39,908 nucleotides of DNA from a virus (Duplodnaviria > Caudoviricetes): positions 1 to 39,908 of IMG/VR virus record IMGVR_UViG_3300031972_001807; one strand, given 5' to 3'. This document shows, piece by piece, positions 25,749 through 33,884 of the stretch. Both the position numbers and the translations under genes were made by a program. Positions within the stretch are counted from its first letter, which is position 1, and the number at the start of each line of letters is the position of its first letter. The notes beneath the pieces are model-generated. The model saw only the letters and a program-made list of their open reading frames with translations, made no database searches and had not been told where the DNA came from.

Positions 25749-28205
25749 ATGACCATTGAAACCGCAGATATCGACGGCGCACCCGTCACAAAGTCCGGAC
25801 CCTACGACGGCAACGGATCCATAACCACGTTCGACTATGAGTTCCGCATCCAATCGGATGACGAGCTTCTTGTCACGCGTCAGAACGCCAACCTGACAGA
25901 GACGGTTCTCGATCTCGACACCGACTATACGGTGACTGGCGTAGGTGACACTACCGGCGGTACTATCGTGTTGGTGGACGCAGACCGCGCGCCGACAAAT
26001 ACCAAGCTTGTGATCCAGTACGACGGCGACTTCAACCAATCGACCGACTATTCGAACCAGGGTTCTATCCAGTTGGAGGTGCTCGAGAACACGCTCGACC
26101 ACCTCATGATGCACGTTCGGGCGCTGAAAGAGCTGTCCGATCGGTCCGTGAAAGTGGATGCCTTCGACACATATGATAGCGCTGTTCTCGAGGACGCCTA
26201 CGTTAACGCCCTAGCCGCCGCGACATCCGCAGCTGAGGCCGCTGCGAGCGCGGCGACAGCTGTATCGTACGGTGCAGTAGGCGATGGCACCACGAATGAC
26301 ACCGACGCGTTCGACGACATGGATACGAACCAGGCGGGCGAGCGTGTCAATCTAGGCGGGCAGACATACCTTGTCGACGCGCTACCGACAGGCGCAGAAT
26401 ACGTTAACGGGTTTTTCCTGGTCAACGGTGAAACCCTCGACGCCGCGACGTCTCGCGCGCTTATCTCATCGTCTGGCAGCACCGGGTCCATCGAGGACGT
26501 GGCGGGCTCGACGGTATCCCACACAAACGTAGCGTCCTCGGGCCGGTCCACCAAGGTCCAGAACGGCGTGTTCCTGACACGCAACGGGTTGGCTGAAGGT
26601 GTTCGGACCGTTCTGATATCCTCGTTCGACGCGAAGGTTAGCTGTAACATCGGGGCCGCCGTCGCCGTTCGTGATACTTCGGTTACGCATAACACGTCCG
26701 CGTCTGTCGCTACCGAGGATAGCTTCTCGCAAGCCAAGAAGGCCGGGCAGTTCGCATCGCTTCGCGCCGAGGCCACGGGCGAAAGCTACACGTTTGCAGG
26801 CGCGGCCCGCGACGTCACGTTGCAAGGTCTGCACTCTGCTGCGGTGGCCGTTGTGAACTACCACACCGGCGGCGGCTACGGTGCGCGGTTTACGCCCACC
26901 GTGGTCAACGGTACCATCACTGAAATCGCTGTCACAGGCGGGACAGACTACGCTGACACCGAGACCCTTGTGTTCGAAGACATCCTCGGGTCCGGTTCAG
27001 GTGCGGCCGCTACCATGACATCATCGGCGGGTGTCCCGCAAAGCATCACGCTCACCGACGGTGGTAGCGACTACTCGGACGACGGCGTCAAGATATCCGT
27101 GGCAGGCATCGGCTCGTACCAGTTCGGTGCAGCGACATCCGGTCACGCATACAATAACGGTGACGCTACAGCTATGATCGGCGGACGCCAGGGGATCATC
27201 GAGGCGGGCGCGCTCCGCTCCGCTATGGTTGGTTTCGACGGGTCCGAGATGGGCGCGAACGCAGAATACTCTATCATGATGGGCGGCGAGGCGTGCTACC
27301 TGGATGCGGCAGGGTCCGCACAGATCGGCGGCACCGGCGTACGTAACATCCACGCGCAGTGCGTGACGCTGGGCGGTCGCTACTACGAAACCGATCGGGC
27401 CCGTACGATCGTAACAGGTTCGGGTTCTTCACCGGGCACAACGGCCGACCGGACATTCGAGATCGACTGCGACAACGGTAACGTTGTGTCGGCCGGTACT
27501 TTGTCGGGCTCCGCGACCTTCGCGGACTACGCCGAGATGTTCGAGAACGAGACGCCCGGCGTCATCCCGCTCGGGACGATTGTCACCTTGGTGGGTGAGA
27601 CGGTAGCGCCTGCCAAAAAAGGTGATTATATCCTGGGCGTGGTGTCCGCAACACCTATCATGGTTGCCGACGACAGCATGTTCACATGGGGTCAGCGCTA
27701 CCTGACAGGTGAGTTCGGCGAGACGCTATACGAAGAGATCCTCGACCCTAATTGGAAGCCTCTTGTCGAGGATCGGGGCTGGCCGACCGAGATCGAAAAC
27801 CCTGCGCACCCCCAGTACGACCTGGTGAAGGTGACTGCGGCAGACGGCACGGTATCGTACGAGAACATGATCGTCACGGATCCTCGGATACCCAACCCCG
27901 AGCCAGCCCCGTTGGTGCCGAACCCAACACCGCAAGAGACGATCCGCGTCAAGGTCGAGAACCCTGACTACGATCCGTCGCGGCCAAATGTCGCACGTAG
28001 CGATCGCCCCGAGGACTGGTCGTGCATCGGCCTGCTCGGTAAACTACACGTGCGCGTGGGCCCTGACGTGAAACCCGGCATGTACGTCGAGGCAGATGGC
28101 GCACCGTCACCAGGCAACAAACCGACGAAATTGTTTGCTATGCGTGTCATAGCCCCGTACGATGTAACGAGAGGTTATGCGATTGTGAAGTGCGTGGGGG
28201 CCTGA
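25749..28205 (+). CDS. Tail spike/fibre with C-terminal peptidase-G2 intramolecular chaperone
   Basis: N-terminal GPYDGNGSITTFDYEFRI anchor; YGAVGDGTTNDTDAF beta-helix start; ADYAEMFE, ILGVVSA, RYLTGEFG, NPDYDP..RSDRPEDWSCIGLLGKL. Confidence 0.88.
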   Translation: MTIETADIDGAPVTKSGPYDGNGSITTFDYEFRIQSDDELLVTRQNANLTETVLDLDTDYTVTGVGDTTGGTIVLVDADRAPTNTKLVIQYDGDFNQSTDYSNQGSIQLEVLENTLDHLMMHVRALKELSDRSVKVDAFDTYDSAVLEDAYVNALAAATSAAEAAASAATAVSYGAVGDGTTNDTDAFDDMDTNQAGERVNLGGQTYLVDALPTGAEYVNGFFLVNGETLDAATSRALISSSGSTGSIEDVAGSTVSHTNVASSGRSTKVQNGVFLTRNGLAEGVRTVLISSFDAKVSCNIGAAVAVRDTSVTHNTSASVATEDSFSQAKKAGQFASLRAEATGESYTFAGAARDVTLQGLHSAAVAVVNYHTGGGYGARFTPTVVNGTITEIAVTGGTDYADTETLVFEDILGSGSGAAATMTSSAGVPQSITLTDGGSDYSDDGVKISVAGIGSYQFGAATSGHAYNNGDATAMIGGRQGIIEAGALRSAMVGFDGSEMGANAEYSIMMGGEACYLDAAGSAQIGGTGVRNIHAQCVTLGGRYYETDRARTIVTGSGSSPGTTADRTFEIDCDNGNVVSAGTLSGSATFADYAEMFENETPGVIPLGTIVTLVGETVAPAKKGDYILGVVSATPIMVADDSMFTWGQRYLTGEFGETLYEEILDPNWKPLVEDRGWPTEIENPAHPQYDLVKVTAADGTVSYENMIVTDPRIPNPEPAPLVPNPTPQETIRVKVENPDYDPSRPNVARSDRPEDWSCIGLLGKLHVRVGPDVKPGMYVEADGAPSPGNKPTKLFAMRVIAPYDVTRGYAIVKCVGA

Positions 28206-28208
28206 TAG

Positions 28209-28442
28209 GTGGATATTGCGGTTCTGTTCGAAGCGTTAGGTGGCGGCCCCGGGGCCGTCGCTATCGTCGTGCTCGGATGGTTCGGAAAGTACCAGATGTC
28301 GAAGGTCGATGCACTGTCAGAGATGCTTATGGATCGTAAAGATGACGAGATCCGCGCGGCAACGCAACGCGAGATAGCTACCCATCAAGCGCTCGAGGTT
28401 GTGACAGATCTGGTTAACGACCTTCGGAGGAACAGCTTATGA
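28209..28442 (+). CDS. Holin-like single-TM protein
   Basis: GTG start; GPGAVAIVVLGWF hydrophobic segment then charged helix; first gene of lysis region. Confidence 0.6.
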   Translation: MDIAVLFEALGGGPGAVAIVVLGWFGKYQMSKVDALSEMLMDRKDDEIRAATQREIATHQALEVVTDLVNDLRRNSL

Positions 28443-28612
28443 TAGCGTGGGCGTTCAAACGGCGCATGACCATTCAAGAAGCTCGCGAGCACGAAGAAGC
28501 GCGCCGCAAGCTGCGCATGGCGGCCGACGAGAAAACTGCGGCTTTGCAGGCTGCACTAGCCGCAGCTGTAAACGAGCTACGCCAAACCACAAAGGTACCG
28601 ATACATGACTGA
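28439..28612 (+). CDS. Small helical protein, 57 aa
   Basis: Hand translation MIAWAFKRRMTIQEAREHEEARR...KVPIHD*; GGAGG RBS, ATGA overlap. Confidence 0.6.
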   Translation: MIAWAFKRRMTIQEAREHEEARRKLRMAADEKTAALQAALAAAVNELRQTTKVPIHD

Positions 28613-28976
28613 CTTGATCCTGCAACCTAACACGCTGTTCGGGATCGTCAGCGCTATCGGCTTCACTTTGATAGCTATCGCGTTCCGGTCCTATGCCCCG
28701 TACCTGCGGGGTGACGCAGTCCGGCACCTAGGTGCCGCGCTGTTTTGGATCGGTACAATGTCCGCGGGTCGCATCATCTGGTGGGATGTCTTCCACGGGT
28801 TCGGGCTCGGTATCGGGTACAACGCCATGTGGGCCCTTATCGGTATGTACGGTGGCTACCATGCATTGTCCGCCGTGTACCAGCTGATACCTGTAGAAGA
28901 TCGTGACGGGTATAACATCATAACGGCGGTATTCTACCCGGCCTCACTGGCCAAACGGTTCCGCAAAGAGAGGTAA
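28605..28976 (+). CDS. Multi-TM membrane protein, possible holin
   Basis: About three hydrophobic segments, basic C-terminus, directly before endolysin. Confidence 0.6.
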   Translation: MTDLILQPNTLFGIVSAIGFTLIAIAFRSYAPYLRGDAVRHLGAALFWIGTMSAGRIIWWDVFHGFGLGIGYNAMWALIGMYGGYHALSAVYQLIPVEDRDGYNIITAVFYPASLAKRFRKER

Positions 28977-28978
28977 AC

Positions 28979-29626
28979 ATGGGGTACACGGTAAGAGATG
29001 TCCAGGCACGTGTGGCGTCGTTGGGTTTCAACCCCGGCGTCATCGATGGTTGGTCCGGCAAGAACACGAACCGCGCTGTCGCCGCGGCGATGGAAGCCCG
29101 GGGTGTAAGCCGGATCGAAGACCTGTTCCACGAGAGCGGGTTGCGGGGTGTCGTTTGGCACTGGACAGCGGGCCGGTATGGCACGATCGCCATGGAGCGG
29201 AAAGCCTACAACGGTTTGCACGATCAGAATGGCGAGCGACACGATGGTGACTGGCGTCCCGAGGCGCAGGCGCGCTATCGGGCCGGGGTCTACGGTGCGA
29301 GCCACACCCGGAACATGAACACGGGTTGGATCGGTGAGAGCTGCGACGCCATGGCGGGCGCACGAGAGCGACCCCTGGTTTGGGGCCCTGCACCGCTGAC
29401 GTGGCCGCAAGTCCACTCGATGCTGCGCGCGACCGCCGAGCACTGCCGGGCTTTCGACATCCCGAACTCGCGCTTCTCTACTCTTGGCCACGCTGAGGTG
29501 GAACGCACACTTGGCGTCAAGCAGAAAAACAAATGGGATTTTACGGTTCTGCCGGGCGATACCAAAGTACGCGACGCAATCGAATGCGGTGACGTCCTGC
29601 GGGAAATGCTGGAGGATTACCTTTGA
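28979..29626 (+). CDS. Endolysin: peptidoglycan-binding domain plus N-acetylmuramoyl-L-alanine amidase
   Basis: VQARVASLGFNPGVIDGWSGKNT; VVWHWTAG, ASHTRNMNTGWIG, LGHAEV, KWD. Confidence 0.88.
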   Translation: MGYTVRDVQARVASLGFNPGVIDGWSGKNTNRAVAAAMEARGVSRIEDLFHESGLRGVVWHWTAGRYGTIAMERKAYNGLHDQNGERHDGDWRPEAQARYRAGVYGASHTRNMNTGWIGESCDAMAGARERPLVWGPAPLTWPQVHSMLRATAEHCRAFDIPNSRFSTLGHAEVERTLGVKQKNKWDFTVLPGDTKVRDAIECGDVLREMLEDYL

Positions 29627-29889
29627 TCCGCGTCGGGCTCTTCCTATTGGCGATCGGCGGGCTCTTCGGGGCTGGCTGGTTTGCTGGGGTGAACCACTGC
29701 GAGAGCTCGCACCGTGCAACTGAGTTGGTGCGAGCCGATGAACAGAAGACCGCTGAGGTGCAGCGGCAGATAGCCGAGGCGGCACGGTTGCGCGCCGCTC
29801 AAGAACTGGAGGATTTAGCATATGCGGACCCTGTTAACGATAGCTGCGGTATCTCTGCTGAACGCGTGCGGCGGCTCAACCTACGTTGA
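29623..29889 (+). CDS. Inner-membrane spanin (Rz-like)
   Basis: N-terminal TM, coiled coil, late Cys; follows endolysin. Confidence 0.75.
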   Translation: MIRVGLFLLAIGGLFGAGWFAGVNHCESSHRATELVRADEQKTAEVQRQIAEAARLRAAQELEDLAYADPVNDSCGISAERVRRLNLR

Positions 29890-30040
29890 GCCGGTCATCG
29901 TGCCTTGCGAGGACCCGCAAGATTTAGGCGACGGTGCACTCACCGATCAACAGATCGAGATCTTATGGGGTCGAGATCGAACGAACCTACGGAACTGCGC
30001 AGACAAGATTAACGCGCTGATCACCGAGCCTGCCAGCTGA
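29822..30040 (+). CDS. Outer-membrane spanin lipoprotein (Rz1-like)
   Basis: Lipobox LLNA-C, overlaps Rz in another frame, GGAGG RBS, WGRDR..L..C motif. Confidence 0.8.
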   Translation: MRTLLTIAAVSLLNACGGSTYVEPVIVPCEDPQDLGDGALTDQQIEILWGRDRTNLRNCADKINALITEPAS

Positions 30041-30058
30041 GAAGCGGGCGGGCTTTTT
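30027..30058 (+). terminator. Intrinsic terminator after lysis genes
   Basis: AGCCTGCC...GGCGGGCT stem followed by T run. Confidence 0.65.
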
Positions 30059-30062
30059 CCGT

Positions 30063-30091
30063 TTGACCCCGAAGGCGTACGATGGTACCCT
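30063..30091 (+). promoter_or_regulatory. Sigma70-like promoter of accessory operon
   Basis: TTGACC, 17 nt, TACCCT with TG extension. Confidence 0.45.
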
Positions 30092-30137
30092 TCCCATCAT
30101 CGGGGCAATCTCTGCCCTTAACCATGGAGAAAACCAC

Positions 30138-30500
30138 ATGAAAAGCCTAATACCTTTAACCGCGCTGGCGCTGGCCGTCAGCTGTAAGCCCGCCGCGGCC
30201 GAAGTCATCGAGACGGTAAACGACGGTTACCACGTGATCGTCGTGACAGGCGATGACATGGTGTGCGTAGACGCGCTCGAAGAGTACGATCGCAACTGGT
30301 ACGTCCTGGCCGACGAAGTGGGGTTGCCGAACGTCAGCCTGATCGGCGACGTCAACGACCCCATTACGGGTGAGCCTTTGCAGGTGGTCATGCTGATGAC
30401 CGAGGACGGGTCGCGCAGCCTGACGTACGGCTACTACTACCTAACCGGGAAGGTCTGCTTGATTGGTTCCGTTGCCCTCACTGAAGGCGATGACCTTTGA
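30138..30500 (+). CDS. Exported protein or lipoprotein, 120 aa
   Basis: GGAG RBS; signal MKSLIPLTALALAVS-C (lipobox-like; AAA cleavage also possible). Confidence 0.7.
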   Translation: MKSLIPLTALALAVSCKPAAAEVIETVNDGYHVIVVTGDDMVCVDALEEYDRNWYVLADEVGLPNVSLIGDVNDPITGEPLQVVMLMTEDGSRSLTYGYYYLTGKVCLIGSVALTEGDDL

Positions 30501-31642
30501 CCACGGCGGCAGAATACGCGGAAGCGCATGAAAAGCTCGGCACCTTCAAAGCGGTGGCCGAGCAGTTCGGTGTCAACATCAGCACGGTGTCACGGGCCGT
30601 AAACCGATACAACGAGAAGCGGGACGCCGACCCGGCTATCCACTCCGGTATGACGGCGCTCGGTTTGGACACTGTCCCGCTGGGCGGTTGGATCAAGAAC
30701 AGTGAGCCCGACGAGAACGGTCGGACATATTCGTTCTACGTCAAGCCTGAGAAGGATGGCGCGTCGGAAGAGGACCGGGTGCAGGCGATCGAAGATCGGT
30801 TCCGCGATATACCCGCGGTCCACTTCCCGGTTCTCGCACCGATCCGGAAAGCGGACGGCGTGTTGACAAAGGCCTTCATCTCGATCAACGACCTGCACGC
30901 AGGTTGCCTCGCGTGGGGTGCTGAAACAGGTTATGGCGACTGGGATCTGAACATAGCGCTGTCACGTCTGACCAACTGGATCGCACGGCTGATGCACAAG
31001 ATCAAGTCGGACCACGTCGACGAGATCATCTTGTACTACAACGGTGACACGCTGCACAGCAACGGCGACGTGCCTATGACCGGGACGCACGGTACGAACC
31101 ACATCCTCGACGTCGACAGCCGCCAGTTCAAGACGGTGAACAACACGGCTGAGAGTATCGTCGTCACCGGGGATCTGGCCGTTCAGGTGGCACCGCGTGT
31201 TCGGATCGTCATCAAGCGCGGTAACCACGACAGCGACAGCTATCTCGCTTTGCTACAGGCGGCCAAGTGGCGCTACCGCGATCAGCCAAACGTCACGGTC
31301 GAGATGGACCCATCGCACTACTGGGCGCACGCCTGGGGCGACGTCCTGCTGTTCGGCCACCATGGTGACAAGATCAAACCCGAGCGTATGATCATGATGA
31401 TGGCCGATCGGCACCGTAAGTTGTGGGGTGAGGCGCGCCACGTCTACGCGTGGACCGGCGACAAACACCACCGCAAAGTGGAACAGTTCCCCGGCGTCGT
31501 GTGGGAACAGGCCAGCTGCTGGACCGAGACCGATCTTTACGGTTCAACGTACGGCAGCAACGCGCTAGCCCAGGCCGTGATCTACAAAGGTGACGAGGGT
31601 GAGGTCTCACGTTACACCGTCAAGGACATCGTCACCGGGTGA
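30497..31642 (+). CDS. HTH-fused calcineurin-like metallophosphoesterase
   Basis: HTH FKAVAEQFGVNISTVSRAV; DLH, GDTLH, GNHD, HHGD, GDKHH metal motifs. Confidence 0.85.
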   Translation: MTTAAEYAEAHEKLGTFKAVAEQFGVNISTVSRAVNRYNEKRDADPAIHSGMTALGLDTVPLGGWIKNSEPDENGRTYSFYVKPEKDGASEEDRVQAIEDRFRDIPAVHFPVLAPIRKADGVLTKAFISINDLHAGCLAWGAETGYGDWDLNIALSRLTNWIARLMHKIKSDHVDEIILYYNGDTLHSNGDVPMTGTHGTNHILDVDSRQFKTVNNTAESIVVTGDLAVQVAPRVRIVIKRGNHDSDSYLALLQAAKWRYRDQPNVTVEMDPSHYWAHAWGDVLLFGHHGDKIKPERMIMMMADRHRKLWGEARHVYAWTGDKHHRKVEQFPGVVWEQASCWTETDLYGSTYGSNALAQAVIYKGDEGEVSRYTVKDIVTG

Positions 31643-31665
31643 CGCGACACCAAAACCGAGACATA

Positions 31666-31695
31666 GAAAAGGGCCCCGCGGGGCCCTTTCTTTTT
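31666..31695. terminator. Bidirectional intrinsic terminator
   Basis: AAAAGGGCCC-CGCG-GGGCCCTTTCTTTTT between convergent genome arms. Confidence 0.85.
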
Positions 31696-31714
31696 GGTTG
31701 CATCGCGGTGGTTC

Positions 31715-32815
31715 CTACCAGGCCCCGACCTGGAACAGCGTCTTGGACCAGTGCCCCGGCTTCGGTGCCTCGTTCTCGCCCGACAGGTATTCCTCGGCGA
31801 TGAAGAAACTGCCCCGGCTGTCTAGACGTTGCTCAGTACGGGTAACCGTGAACACCGTGCCCTTCTTATACACGCCCTTGTCTTCGGCCAACGTTACGAG
31901 CTGGCCACGTTCTAGCAACCCCTCGTTAACAAGCTCGCGCGCTGGCCGCGCCGGTGCTACTGCGGGGCGCTGAACGGACACCCATGTGTCCCGCCAGGTG
32001 TACTCGCGGTCGCCTGCAGGCATCCCCATGCCGCCTTTTGTGATACTACGGGCTATCGTATCTATACTCGGTACGTATTCGGTTTCAGCCCAGGGTTCAT
32101 ATTCGGTTTCAGCCCCGGGTTCATATGCGGCTCCCGCACGCACGACCTCGAACTCCGAACCTTTATCGGCATGAGTGGTATCTTCCATTAACGTTACAAT
32201 GTCACCGACCCGCACGTGCCCGCCCTTGACCAGATCCCGCGCCGCCGCGACCGTGGCGCTCGCGTCGGGTTTATCCTCGCTGCGTGATCGTAAGAACGTC
32301 ACGATCTCGTCGCCGTCTTCGTCCTCGATGTCGATCGCGGGCGGCTGTTTCATCTGGCCGAACTGATCCATCGCGCGCGACAGGGCCATCGTGTCGGGGC
32401 AACCGTCCTTCACAAGTGTGCCCCGCAGACCGAGCGCGATAAGCGTCATCACGCAGAAGCCCGCGTGGCCGAGGTGCGGCAGGCCGCTCTCGTCGTCGAA
32501 CTCTTCGCCCATCTCGTAGGCGGCCAGGTGCCGTTTCATGGCGGCGAGCAAGCGGCTCTCTTCCATGCCTAGCGCCCAGTTCCAAGCGGCGTATTTCTCA
32601 ACGCCGTATGTGAACACCGCGGCGATCGTCATCAGTGCATCGGCAGGTAGCAGGTCCATACGAACCTTCCCCGTGTCGTACTTCGCACCGCCGTTGGCGA
32701 TGTCGGTGTTTCGTTCTGCTGTCATGGCTAATATCCTCTCGTTGTCCATGTCATAATCAGATGCACCCCAAACGTCGCCGCCGGGGTGCTGTTCGTCGTC
32801 AGTTACTGGTCCCAC
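31715..32815 (-). CDS. DUF5664-type dATP/dGTP diphosphohydrolase domain with C-terminal extension
   Basis: KYDTGKVRMDLLP..TYGVEKY..WNW..G..AAMKRHL..GEEFDDESGLPHLGHA; start uncertain. Confidence 0.85.
   Translation of the reverse strand: MGPVTDDEQHPGGDVWGASDYDMDNERILAMTAERNTDIANGGAKYDTGKVRMDLLPADALMTIAAVFTYGVEKYAAWNWALGMEESRLLAAMKRHLAAYEMGEEFDDESGLPHLGHAGFCVMTLIALGLRGTLVKDGCPDTMALSRAMDQFGQMKQPPAIDIEDEDGDEIVTFLRSRSEDKPDASATVAAARDLVKGGHVRVGDIVTLMEDTTHADKGSEFEVVRAGAAYEPGAETEYEPWAETEYVPSIDTIARSITKGGMGMPAGDREYTWRDTWVSVQRPAVAPARPARELVNEGLLERGQLVTLAEDKGVYKKGTVFTVTRTEQRLDSRGSFFIAEEYLSGENEAPKPGHWSKTLFQVGAW
32076..32123. repeat. 24-bp tandem duplication, one mismatch
   Basis: TATTCGGTTTCAGCCCAGGGTTCA then TATTCGGTTTCAGCCCCGGGTTCA; encodes EPGAETEY/EPWAETEY. 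Confidence 0.9.
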
Positions 32816-33450
32816 TTTTCAAGGACCTTTCCTCGTAGCTCGAGAACCCACTCGACGTAGGCGGCTCGGAGACCTTCAGCATCGTCGCCGTTTATGCCGC
32901 GCACCAGCTGCGCGTGTGCGGGGGGTACATTCTGCAGCGAGCCCCATCGCCCGCTCGCGTAGAGGTCAGGCCACAAGGTAAAGACCTCAGCCGATAGGGC
33001 TTGCTTGTCGTACTGTTTAACGGTCGGTAACCACAACTCCAGAAACCGCGGCGGTAAACCCAGGGACCGGCACAGTGATAGGTTCAAGCGATACTCCATC
33101 GCGGATATGGCACCTTTCGATACGCTATCAAGAAACATCTTCAAAGGCTTGTCTATATCACCAGTCACGGCCTCGATCGCATCGTGAAGCAGGCAGGCCA
33201 ACGTCAGGGCGTCGGTGTACTTCTGAGTTTTATCCTGCTGCGCGCAGTCAAACCGCGCGACGTGGGCCGTGAACATCGAGTGCTGCAAGATGTTGATCGG
33301 TGTAGGGATGTGCCCGTTGTACCGCGCGATATGGATCATCGCGTACGATAGATCCTCGATGTCGAAGGTCGCATGGTCAGGGTTCATCAGATCGATGTCG
33401 AACCGTTGGGTGCTTATGACGGGGCGGGGTGTGTTGACGTCGTTGGTCAT
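32803..33450 (-). CDS. HD-domain 5'-deoxynucleotidase (YfbR/YfdR-like)
   Basis: IEDL..IARYNGH..ILQHS..LLHDAIEAVTGDIDKPLK..VKQYD; ATG 33450 in ATGA overlap. Confidence 0.88.
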   Translation of the reverse strand: MTNDVNTPRPVISTQRFDIDLMNPDHATFDIEDLSYAMIHIARYNGHIPTPINILQHSMFTAHVARFDCAQQDKTQKYTDALTLACLLHDAIEAVTGDIDKPLKMFLDSVSKGAISAMEYRLNLSLCRSLGLPPRFLELWLPTVKQYDKQALSAEVFTLWPDLYASGRWGSLQNVPPAHAQLVRGINGDDAEGLRAAYVEWVLELRGKVLEKWDQ

Positions 33451-33737
33451 GCGCGGCCTATCCGTTTCAGCTCTTTGGCCAGTGCGTAGTCCACCAGCAG
33501 CTCGACCCGGTTGACCCCGGTGCACTGCGCGATCTCGATCGGGCCCGTACCCAGATCGATACGCATCGGCATATGGGGCCCGCCCAGGTGGATCATAGAT
33601 CGATACTGCGGGTTCGCGTCGACCTCTTGGAAGATCGCCTTGGCGACATCCGCCGACGTTAGGATGTAGTGCGGCTTGACGCCGTGCTCCATCACATGCT
33701 GCGATACCGCTGCAGCTAGCGTCTTTACGTGTGACAC
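33447..33737 (-). CDS. Hypothetical protein
   Basis: AAGGAG RBS before GTG. Confidence 0.65.
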   Translation of the reverse strand: MSHVKTLAAAVSQHVMEHGVKPHYILTSADVAKAIFQEVDANPQYRSMIHLGGPHMPMRIDLGTGPIEIAQCTGVNRVELLVDYALAKELKRIGRA

Positions 33738-33747
33738 GTTGTTCTCC

Positions 33748-33873
33748 TTAGACGTAGTGCACAGCTGCGCGGAAAGGGCCTAGACCCCAAACGGTTTTAA
33801 CACCGGGCTTGTGACGTACGACGCCTACGCGCCAGGATGTTAGCGTGAAACCTATCATGAAAAGATGGTGCAT
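33748..33873 (-). CDS. Small hypothetical protein, 41 aa
   Basis: Hand translation MHHLFMIGFTLTSWRVGVVRHKPGVKTVWGLGPFRAAVHYV*; AAAGGAG RBS; fills gap. Confidence 0.55.
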   Translation of the reverse strand: MHHLFMIGFTLTSWRVGVVRHKPGVKTVWGLGPFRAAVHYV

Positions 33874-33884
33874 TTTGTTCTCCT

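Noticed and set aside
25749-28205. Diversity-generating retroelement, as in BPP-1
   Set aside because: No reverse transcriptase and no template/variable repeat pair seen; the spike ends in a chaperone domain.
28934-29821. 295-aa antisense ORF over lysis genes
   Set aside because: Shadow ORF opposite well-supported endolysin and spanin.
32803-33450. Calling the HD protein datZ
   Set aside because: Motifs fit the widespread YfdR-like family better, and purZ is not in the window.
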